From: Dicyema japonicum
Lineage: Eukaryota; Animalia; Dicyemida
Direction of reading: 5' to 3'
DNA: 64,000 nt
NCBI GenBank assembly: GCA_011109175.1
Contig: RDEW01000028.1
Coordinates: 339,000-402,999, forward strand
Below the pieces are notes generated by a model. The model made no database searches and was not told the origin of the DNA. It saw only the letters and a program-made list of their open reading frames with translations. A program made the translations under genes and the position numbers. This document shows, one piece after another, positions 51,379 to 61,703 of this stretch. The first letter of the stretch is position 1, and each line of letters opens with the position of its first letter.

Positions 51379-53720
51379 ATGTTAGGCAGCATTACTTATT
51401 TTGCAACACACATTACACACAAGAGACTGGACACTACATGCGGTTATGCTAATGCACGCAAATATGGACTTTTCTGCTCGTCTTGCGGTGACTTTTTCCA
51501 CCTTGGATGCATAAAGATGTCTCAGCGGGCTGCGTGCTCGCTTTGCCTGTGGAACTGCATGGGCACTGGTCTGAAAACCCAGAGGATTATTCCAAACGAG
51601 TACGTCAAACCAAATGAGCCTCTAGACTTCAATGATATGGACAACTTCTTGCTCTTCTTGTTGGATTTAAGGAAAGCCAGGAAGATCTCAATCAAGATCC
51701 CAAGACCCGTCCGGATCCCCACGGCTACATGCCTGGCCTCTGCGATTGACGATGCTTTCACGTATGACGACCTGACGTACTGGCTAAAACTCCTCAGCTT
51801 TGCCCGGATGGCCCTTGGAATTCCTTTTATCGACTCAAAAGGAGATCAACGGAATACAGGAGAAAGCACGACACTTAGGAACTCCCTTTCCTCAAAAATG
51901 AAGAAGAACATCCATATTTTCTATGTGCATTCTCTCACAAAGACGGAAGTCATGAAATAAAAACATTCTGATTCCAATCCTAAGGTTTATTTGAATGGCC
52001 CGGACAAACTTGGAGAGAGTGAACCGCAAACTATTCGAAGTCGACGTCCGAGCGAAGTTGCGCGTCGTCGCCAGAGACGAAACTGTTATGCCTGCGACAT
52101 ATGAGGTGCTGGAACTACTCAGACACAACATCCATGTGCTCCGGCAGATTACCGCCCATTCGTGCTTCCGGGAAATTTGTCAAGGATGACCGTTACCGAA
52201 GGCGAAGTGCGACGCGGCATTTCGTCGTTTGCGGCAAGTAGCAGTGGAGGTATAGATGGCTTGCGGCCGGGTCACATCAAGATCTTACGGCGGAGGCTAC
52301 TGCAGAAGCTGGCTGCAACCTTGTCAAATAAATTACAAAACTGGTTATGCGTATTTTGAACGGAGATATTCCTCGCCACGTAAAGTAGCTTTTTTCAGCG
52401 CACATCTACTGGCCTTCAAAAAACCTGAAGGTGGGCTCCATCCCATCGCGGTCGGCAACTATTTCAGAAGACTGACGGCAAAAATCGCATGCAGCAATGT
52501 CTCCGAGAATATCAGAAGAATTTTCCCCCTCCAACTGTGGGTTGGTGTAAGGAACGGATGCGAGTCTGCTATGCATGCTGCGAGGTGTTTTTTGGACATA
52601 AAGACGAACAACACCCACACATTGGGGTCAAGCTTGACATATGCAATGCCTTCAATTCACTGAGGAGGGATCAAATTATCGAAACTACAAGCAAACGAGC
52701 CCCGGAACTTATTCCACTTGTCTTCCTCGCTTACGGAACCAATTTTTCACTGGTTTTCGGTGACAAGATTATCTGTTCGGAGACCGGAGTTCAACAAGGA
52801 GACCCACTTGGTCCACTACTCTTCGTTCTGGCCATCGATGAAATTGTCCGCTCTATAAACACACAACTAAACCTCGGGTATCTTGATGACGCCACATTGG
52901 AGGGCCGTAAATATCACATACTCGGAGAGTGATTTTATCAACGTGGTCGAGTCTTTCAACTTGGTACTACCTGGAATTACTGTCGTACCCAGGGAGCGGA
53001 CATACTTTCCTGAGTGTCCACTTGAAGAAAAGGAACTGCGGAGCCATCTACTAACAAAAGAGGATAAACTCTCTAGAGTCACGGAGATACTCTCCTTACT
53101 CGATGGTCATACAGCTTTCCTTCTGAAAAATAGCATCGGCTTGCCCGAACTCCTATATGATCTCCAATGTTCTCCCTGCTTCAAACATCGCGACATCCTC
53201 CTGTCATTGGATAGGACATTGAGAAAATCAGCTGAATTGCTTTTAAACATCCACTTTGATGTGCCGAGTTGGAACCAATGCAAGCTTCCTACACGCCTTG
53301 GAGGAACGAGTCTCAGGTCGGCGCTGGAGATCGCTTTTCCAGCATATGTGTCATCGCTCTAGTGGAAGCCTTTTGGTTCAAGATATCCTACGTTTTCCAA
53401 CCGGACTTTCTTGGAAAAGAGTCTTCGACGAAGCCCGTCGCGAATGGTGTGAAACTGGTTTGGATATGCAGCTGATCTGGCAGAGAAATTCAAGATTAAA
53501 AATATGGCGAAATTGAGACCGCCACCGTTTTGTACCGGTAGCAATCGAGACGTCTGGTGCGGCCGGAAGTATTACAGCCTCTTTTCTAAAGGAAATCGGG
53601 AGGAAATTGGCCCACCGCAAGAAAGAAGTGCGGGAAGCGGTCTGGCTAAGGTAACGAATTGGTATCGCAGTTGTCCGCGGAAACGCTTACTTCGTGATGT
53701 CAGCATCTGCTCTTCCTCAT
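51379..53720 (+). mobile_element. Near full-length CRE-like RT-REL retrotransposon with N-terminal PHD finger; frameshifted, knuckle/REL N-half deleted
   Basis: CSSCGDFFHLGC...WNC; KIPRPVR...W.KLLSFAR.ALGIP; SSGGIDGLRPGH; KKPEGG.HPIAVG.YFRRL; QLWVGV..GCE; KLDICNAFNSLRRD; GVQQGDPLGPLLF; YLDD; LPTRLGG; FVPVAIETSG; GNAY.VMS. Confidence 0.88.
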
Positions 53721-53849
53721 ATTTAATAAATAATATTTTATTGTTAATAAATTTTTCACATTACTAAAAAAATGAGATTTGAGCATAAATTATTTTTTAA
53801 TATAAAATTTTTATTTTAAAAACAAAAGGAAAAAAATGCAGTTAGGGTA

Positions 53850-54050
53850 GTATTAAGAAAGTGCCGCTGCTGACATTACGGAGTAAGCGTTGCCAACAGA
53901 AAAGTTAAAAACTAGCTAAACATATTTTTCTATTAAGGTGGGTACGATTTTTTAAGGAAATGTGCTCAATGAGAAATGCGTTCCTACCTTATCCTTTTTT
54001 TGTCGCGATGTCCAATACGGTTCGGCAAATTTAGTGACCTGCTTCTAACA
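53850..54050 (-). mobile_element. CRE-like 3' fragment, tail-to-tail with the 51.4-53.7 kb copy
   Basis: GGCAACGCTTACTCCGTAATGTCAGCA vs GGAAACGCTTACTTCGTGATGTCAGCA at 53680. Confidence 0.65.
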
Positions 54051-54559
54051 ACCCCGACTTTCTTTTTTGATAAATTACAGTATTGTGATCTTTAAAGATC
54101 CTTAAATTTGTTAGTTGATATTTCGAGTGAAATATTCTGCGGTTAATAATTTTTAAGATCTGACTATTGTCCGTTGAGATCCAGAACTTCTTACAAATTT
54201 ACTTACTTCACTTATTATCAGGATTCTGTCAGGAGTACTTTCAGAAGTTGTCCACCAAGTCCTGTTCTTTGCCAACCTGATCACCTTTGATAAGTCGGAA
54301 GGTGGAATGCATTCAATTTTGATCGGGTTTATCTTCAGGAGGCTGGCTGGCAAGATTGACTCCCGATAATATATCCCCCTTGTAACACAATTCTTAAGCC
54401 CTTCTCAACTAGGAGTAGGTGTATGTCTCAAATGCGAAGCCGTTGTTCATTCCGTAAGAATATTCCAAAACTGCAGCATAGAAAATTCCCAGAGACAGTC
54501 TATATATAGTCTACCACCAGTCTTCGGAGACTGCCTTATCCTTTCGTCTTCTGGAGTGC

Positions 54560-55830
54560 AACAAAGTGACCTTCTTAGACCCTCTGTTATTCTGCTTTAC
54601 GGTAGCTTACGGGAATTAATTATTTCCCGCTCGAATCGCGAAACTTCCCGCTCACCCCTCAACCTATTGTATTTGGACGATGCAGTCCTTGAGGACCCCA
54701 AAATACTGTCTTACACGATTTGGAAGTATTAATTCTAGCCTTGTCAGAAGCTGGTTTGGAACTAAATTATGATAAATGATAAATATTCAACTGCGGACTT
54801 AAAATGATGAGTTTTCGGAAGTTATGGCATCTTTCATGATTCTAATGCTCGGAAGTGTTTCTACCCCTGACGAAGACCTTGTATCCCTTGGATCCCTAAT
54901 CACTGTGTGTGCAATGGGGAGAGTTCCATGCAATAAGCAACAACTACTTTGAGTTCTGGATCGTTTATGAATTGAAATATCCACTCTCCGAAAAACCAGC
55001 CTCAACAGACAGAGGTTCGCATATTCCCGAGTACTGCCTCTTATTTTGTCCAATATGACAATCTCTGACGCATTGACAGTATCTTCCACTCAAAAGTAGA
55101 ACGTATCTTCAATGACCGGTTTGATGAAGCTTCATGGAAGCAAGACACAATCGATGGGCTTGAAATTCGCAACTCTAGACATTTCTCTCCCGGCGTATCT
55201 TTCTTCACTAATGGCCTGTGATACACTTGTCTAGATGATTCTACACTCCTCTCCGAATTCTCTACTGATAAGGACATCGATCATGCACGTAAGGCCTGGA
55301 GTGGTTTTTCCCATCTTCCTTGATCTCTCAACGGAGTCTGGGGGATGCTGTATGCCAAAAGTCATTTAAGGATCTGCTGATTTCACCTAACCAACACGGC
55401 TGTACTTTTTTGTTGTCAAGGGAGTCTTCCGAAAGTAAAGTCTGGGTCAATACCATTCCAAGTTGAGTTTTGGGTACCATTCTGGATGATGAATTCGTTA
55501 GTACTTGGATCTCATAACGATTCGGATTGAAAGTCTATGTGCTGCATCCATTCCGATGCAGGGACCAGATTTAATGCTTTTACCTACACCCACTCTCCTA
55601 CAGGAAGAGTCTCCCAGACACATGATCCAGACGAAGCCGTTAGACGAACATAGGATACTTTCTGACACCTTTCTATGCTCGAACCATTTGGCCTTTGCAG
55701 ACGTGGCAGAATACAACCCGGTGGGATTACCATCTTCCCCTTTGAAGCCGGGAAACCTCTTGTCTGGGACGTCACTTTGTTCCTTGCAATTTACTCCAGG
55801 GTTCATTTGGAGGAATTTTGATTAGCCCTT
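54560..55830 (+). mobile_element. Older CRE-like RT-REL copy
   Basis: YLDDAVL...GLELNYDK...GTILDDE...LHPLS...LEPFGLCR...PFEAGKPLVWDVT. Confidence 0.7.
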
Positions 55831-56214
55831 CATTAGCTATTAAACTGTGAGCCAAGCTAAGCTTCTAGTTACACAAAAATTCATTGGAAACTAGCAGCGA
55901 GGGCTTATCCTATTTACCACAGGTCTATCTTTCCCATTTTTTGTTAAAATAAAATTGGGATTTATCTTTTCTATTTACTATGGCGAACGTAGATTTAATC
56001 AGATATCATACCGATCTTAAATTTTAAAATGTTATTTGGCAAAATAACATTTCTACCTCTGACTTAAGGACCTATTCCAAATCATGATTATACCTCATTT
56101 TGTGAAAGTGAACTTTTATTTTTATTTAACTCGGAAACCAGTCGCAAGTAGAACTTCGAATTTTTTGATTTCGAGATGACCACTTTATCAGTTTTGCAGT
56201 ATGACACAATTTAT

Positions 56215-56420
56215 TTATTAACCCCGGATACACCGAAAAAGAAGATGAAGTAAACAACTAATTAAGTGTATCCAGTTTCCACTTTCCACAGAGTCCATCC
56301 GGAATCAACATAAAGGATAAAAGACGTCCCATACTTCCAGTTGTGGAAACTCCTCCAGTGGAGTGGGAGAGAGCAAATGATCCTTTTTCGTGCCGGCCTG
56401 GCACTGGTCGCCACCTAGAC
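56215..56420 (-). mobile_element. SINE family B, 5'-truncated copy
   Basis: Inverted homolog of 30320-30530, including the TTTTCGGTGTATCCGGGGTTAATAAATAAA tail. Confidence 0.8.
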
Positions 56421-56770
56421 ATTCCGTCGAATCGTTGCTAGCAAAAAGGAGGGACAACTGATAAAAATTGTAAAAGGAAATGTGCTTTCAATCACGAGAG
56501 CTGCTTACTAATTTATAACATTTGGAAGTTTAGAATCAGCATGACTAAAACAAAAGCATTCCATGGATCTACACTCCGCTGAAGAGGTTCACAAAGCTGC
56601 AAAAAATCGACGTCTTCTACCTTTTATGCTGGTTCTGGGTAAATAAAAAACTATGCCTTGAGTCTACAAGGAATTAATGGTTGTTGGAATGTAGATGACA
56701 TCATATTAACTTAGAAAATACATAATAAATTAAAGTAATGTTTTTCAAATAAAGAACCATTAACGATTAG

Positions 56771-57811
56771 TTAAGTCAAACTTTGGAAGCATATTTGGGT
56801 AGAATCTGTATCATACAAATTCAGCAGCAACGACTGACCATCTAAAATAACATGATTCTTAGATTGTGCTATCTAACATGAACAGACATTCAAACAGCTT
56901 TGGCAATATTCCTGGCTGTGCTGATTCTTCTAAAGTCAATAAACGACGGATTAGCTCGAATGGCATTTCCGATCTAGTCGAATAAACCATAATTATACTA
57001 GAACGGCCGACTCTGACTCTCCTTTGGCATGAAGGATTTTCTGGTGCTTCTCTTGCTTAGCTTTCTCGACGACGAATTGAGCCCTCTGAGCTTCTTGTTG
57101 GGCAACCTACGATTCGCTAAAAAAAGACCTGTTTAGCTTCCACTGCAGCTGCGTATTCCTTCCCAAAACTAAGTTCCACAATAGAGACATCGTCAACTAT
57201 TATATTAAATTCCTTCGCTCTAGCAGAGAGAGCGGCCCTAACCATCGTACTGACACTCTGTCGCTGCGTAATAAGCTGAGATGCCGTTAAACTTTGCGAC
57301 AATGCTTTTTAGCACCTACAACGTCAGTTTTGCTAGAACCTCATTGCATATCGAAGGAAGAACCTTCTCGTCGTAGTCTGGACCCAAACTTGTGTACAGT
57401 TTCGGCAATTTTGTCTGATCTGGACGAGAAAGAACCCTCAATGTAATATTCACGATTTGAAGATCTTAGGTAAAAGTCTTTAGAAAAACCTTTGCTTCCC
57501 CGTAAGCGTTGTGAGCTTGAAGGGTCTACTTCTCACGTCGAATAAGATGGGCCACTGAAACCATGGCAATCTTAGAATTAAGATCAGTATTACTTAAAAT
57601 GGAGTCCTTCAGAGTAAATATCATTTCTAACTCCAGTAAGTCTGCTAAACAAAACAGATCTATGACCGCCATTTACTATGAAAATAAAATGAACTTTGAT
57701 GCCTGTGTAGAAACATTGACTAGCACCATAAATTGCTCCTCCAACCAGTACCGCCAGTCCAGTACCACCTCCAAATATATTTCTGTATTTGTTAAATTGG
57801 GAGAATGACAT
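56771..57811 (-). CDS. PHB2: Prohibitin-2
   Basis: [18 protein letters not shown]...[22 protein letters not shown]...[19 protein letters not shown]...[26 protein letters not shown](A)SQLITQR...[26 protein letters not shown]. Seven introns of 22-27 nt, the first GC-AG; one extra base at 57284-57285. Confidence 0.95.
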
Positions 57812-58449
57812 CTGATGGACTTAAATTATTAAGCTAACCAGAAATGACCAGCACGAGGTTATTTTATGTAATGTTTAATTTTTTGTTAATAAATATTATA
57901 AATAACAATATTTGATTAATTAGTTTTTTGATTTTATTGAATTTTAGCTTATTTTCTAGATAACAGTGAAATTTGGTTTCCCTCGCTTGAAATCCGTCAA
58001 TAAATTCGCCTCTTTTGTTTTTTTTCCTTTATTTTGTCCATTCATGGTGTCATGCACCTAGTACCAGTTTGATATTCAGGAATCACCTAGTACCAGTATG
58101 ATATTAAAAAACGATCATTAGTTTTTCCCCCAATCCTCAGTCCCAGTCCTTGGAGAAATTCTCACAGCTGTAGTTCTAGACGAACTTGTGTGTTTGGAAG
58201 AAAGTGTCTCTTTGAGACGATATACTTAACTTAACTGTTGACTTCTTTCTGGGTTATCCGAAATAAATAAGAAAGTTGTCTTTAGCGTTGTATTGTGGGA
58301 TGATGCGAGAAATTTGCCATCTATCAATAATCAAAAATGTTTGAAAATTTTAAGAACAAAATGTACATTCCAAGAACAAAATAATTATTTGATTTCTCTA
58401 AAAGGCTAAGTCTCATACACGATGACCTTTCTAACAACTATAATAGACT

Positions 58450-58830
58450 AAACAATTCATAACCGTACATTTAAGTCACCAGTTAGCTCAACAGTTAATT
58501 GTCGGGAAGTATCTCTAATGCACTGTAGTTAGGTGGATGGTAGTGGGATGTTGTGGACGGAAGTCATGTTGCGAGTTTAATAAATCTATAAATAGGTAGA
58601 TGCAGTTAAGTACGAGTCTTTCTAAAAATTTTGAAGGTGGAAAGATCCTGGATTACATGGATCCTGGTTTGGTTTTAGATTAGGAAAGATGGCTGATTGT
58701 TTCCACAAGAAAAGGATAAATCTAGAGTTTAGGGAAGCAGTGAAAATTTCCGTGAGGTTTCTTAACCCCTCTGGGCCGAGATTCTTCATGTGGAAACAAA
58801 AAAATACATCTTGGCTTCTGCTAATGTGTT
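58450..58830 (-). mobile_element. I/Jockey-like LINE RT N-terminal fragment
   Basis: MKNLGPEGLRNLTEIF...KFLERLVLN...QHDFRPQH. Confidence 0.6.
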
Positions 58831-59249
58831 CTAGGTAGTTTAAATCAGATCACACATTTTCATTTTAGTTATTTCAATGGGCTGTTTGTTTAGAGGCAAT
58901 TTAATTTTCTTTTTGTGGACTCGATTATATTTGTTCATTTTCATAATAGTCAATAAACTTTCTTAATTTTGTCATTCTGAAATTTGCCACAATTTTTGAA
59001 AAATTATTTTTTTAAATATTTAAAAAATAGTTTGACCCAATAAAGCTACCTAATTTCCATTTACTGCTAGAATTAACCCTTACGGTTTGTCTCCTTCGAT
59101 CAATGTTGCTAGCGGCCTCGGCACAACAGATCCTACACTATTCACATTGATTGTAGGCGGAGTCGCAAAACTAGCCTTGTTCTATAACTTTGGACACGCC
59201 TAAATCTTGGTACTTCAAAAACCTTGAGAAACACACAGTAAGATGATTT

Positions 59250-59460
59250 GGTTTGCGGCAATAGTATTGAGAAATTGGATAACAGCGGAACATATTTCTT
59301 GCTTCCATCAACAAATGAGAGCGGTGCGTGGCTCAGGGCTTTTCCCTGTGTATCGCTTGGAACATTCTTAAATAACGACTCAGCACTAATAGGAATCTGT
59401 CTCCGAGACGAGCTCAATGTTTACAAAAGCCACCGATGCAAAAGTCTCTTGAGAAACAAA
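59250..59460 (+). mobile_element. CRE-like internal fragment
   Basis: ESGAWLRAFPCVSLGTFLNNDSALIGICLR...HRCK. Confidence 0.7.
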
Positions 59461-59631
59461 GTCATTCTCTGCTTATACCTTCGGTTGTATCAAAACTATT
59501 ATTATTAAGCCAATCAATAACAATACTTGGTTTTATCAGAGATTAAATTAATATTAAGTTTGATATTTTGATTAAATAAATTATTGAAAAAAATAATTTA
59601 TTAACGTTAACTTAATTAATTCTAGTGAATT

Positions 59632-60152
59632 ATGGTTTTGTTGCGTCAACTTGCTTCATTGGCAAAATTCAGTCTAGTAAATAGCTGTAAAATTGCATCC
59701 GTCCGATGTCTTTCCCATCATCAAGGAGAAACGACTTCCAAGGACAGATTCATCTACCAGGATCCTCACAGAGGAAAGTCGGTTTATTGTCATATTTACC
59801 AATTAAGCTGCCGATATCGAAGAACCAGACGCTCTTGGGGCTGCCGTGGGGTATGAAAGAGAGGAGTTACTTCGTGAGCAAATATTTGGAGAAGTACGGA
59901 GTTTAATAACCTATAGCCAATAACAAACAATATATTCCGTGTAAAGGCTTCTGGGACAGCCGATGACCCTACATTGGTGTATTCCCCATCAGAGTATATG
60001 GACATTGGCTGCATTTGTTGTGTATACATTTATTTGTAGGCTATGACGAACTAGAACAGATAGAATGGTTTCCACTTCATAAAGGGGAACAGAAAAGATG
60101 CGTTTGTGGTCATTGGTATCGTCTCGTTGATAGTCCGCAACTTGAATTGTGA
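59632..60152 (+). CDS. COX5B: Cytochrome c oxidase subunit 5B
   Basis: PDALGAAVGYEREELL|...ASGTADDPTLV...IGCIC...IEWFPLHKGEQKRCVCGHWYRLV (zinc-site cysteines). Two clear 23-nt introns and a probable 30-nt one; the 5' frame needs an extra intron or indel. Confidence 0.88.
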
Positions 60153-61703
60153 AGGACCTGACTTATTCACTCACACTTTACTAATATGGGTTTTGGTGCT
60201 TCGTTTATTAATATGTGGACTTTGAGAATCGATTATCATTTACTATTATGGTCAATAATGTCTTTTAGTTAGAAAATGTTAGGATTGCCAAAGTTTTTTA
60301 TTTAATAACCCCGCTACTAATTCTAAGCATATCTTCTTCCAAGAATGTGATAATATTCTACAATTGTGAGAGATAAGTTAGATACAATATGAAAAGTTGG
60401 AACCATAGAAAACGCATACGATCGCTGTTCAAGATCCTTCTAAGAGAGATAAGCAACAATAATTTATTCGGTCTGCAGATCCCAGCCCGTAGAAGATACA
60501 ATAAGGGGGAGAGGTGGCGACTGTTTTGACATAGCATCAAATGGATCCAACAGTGACTAGGGAATATCGTGCACGATAGATTACGCTAACTGTTGAAATC
60601 CAAAAGAATTCAGAAATGAAGTTTGATGAAGCAGAGGTCCTAGATGGTCTCCGCAAAATATAATTTTTCCAGAATCAGAGAAAGTATAAAATAACATATA
60701 GCTCCTGCATTTGTGAAAACTTCTAAAAATGAATGACTCGGAAGAGTGGAGGGATGGTGGTTACTCGTAATGTAGCAGATGAGTCATATATTGTAAAATG
60801 CCTTTCTCACTTTGTTGCCTAGATATTAGTATTAATAATCTTTTTGTTCCTCTAAAAGTAGATTCGCACATCGATGTCCTTTGAGTTTGTCGTTTAATCT
60901 GTATAAATTTGCAAATTGTAGACGAAATGCGCTCTCAATCAAGAGAGCTAGACTACAAAAATTATTATTATCCATATAGATTATGCAATAACACGACATT
61001 AGCAACTTACTCTTGAGGCCAGTTAGTTATCCCAGTATCACTAGTTTGTATGATCCAGGCAGCCTTAAGCACACAATTGTCAGGAGGTCCTGTTAAAAAG
61101 GCATGTATCAGTTAAAAACACCTCATTTTCTTCCCTTTCTCGCTATTCGTTGCCAGTACTGTCAATATTTCGAGATCATCTCCATCGTTGAAAAGATTTC
61201 TAACAAAAAAGAAAGAGCGTCGAACGTAATTCTATTGAATTCCTTTGAATTTGATTTTTCCTAATCAATGTTATTTTTTTATTGTGCCTTTAAGTGAAAG
61301 AAGCCAGTGCCTGACAGAGGTAACGACCAAAGCTGGAAACTCCAGCAGGTCAATCTGATGTATCTGTTGTGGGAAGAATTAATGTTTATTTATTTTTTAT
61401 TTAAGAAACTCTAAAATCACCAAAAAAGAAGGTATCAAAGCCAAAAAACTTAAAGTTATTCGCTAGCAGCTTGGTGCTAACGTTAGTAAGATGCCATGTG
61501 GCTACTTGATTGAAGATTTCCCTTTGTTTCTTCTGTTCCTCTTCTTATTAGGGCAAGTTCCAACTGGATGGACTTGTGTTTGGAAGGACTTGCCTTTTCT
61601 CGAATAAAACCCGGAAGCTAAGTAAACCCAATCAGTTGTTTCGGCGTATCTACGGTTAATAAAATTAAACCGATATTGTATCTAAGCAACAGGAAAACTT
61701 AGT

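Noticed and set aside
51240-51380. HDV-like 5' ribozyme upstream of the CRE element
   Set aside because: I could not fold a nested double pseudoknot by eye, and the segment reads as the 3' end of the preceding I/Jockey-like fragment.
60300-61640. Possible spliced gene divergent from BBS2
   Set aside because: Intron-like blocks and open stretches exist, but I could not establish a start, a continuous frame or homology.
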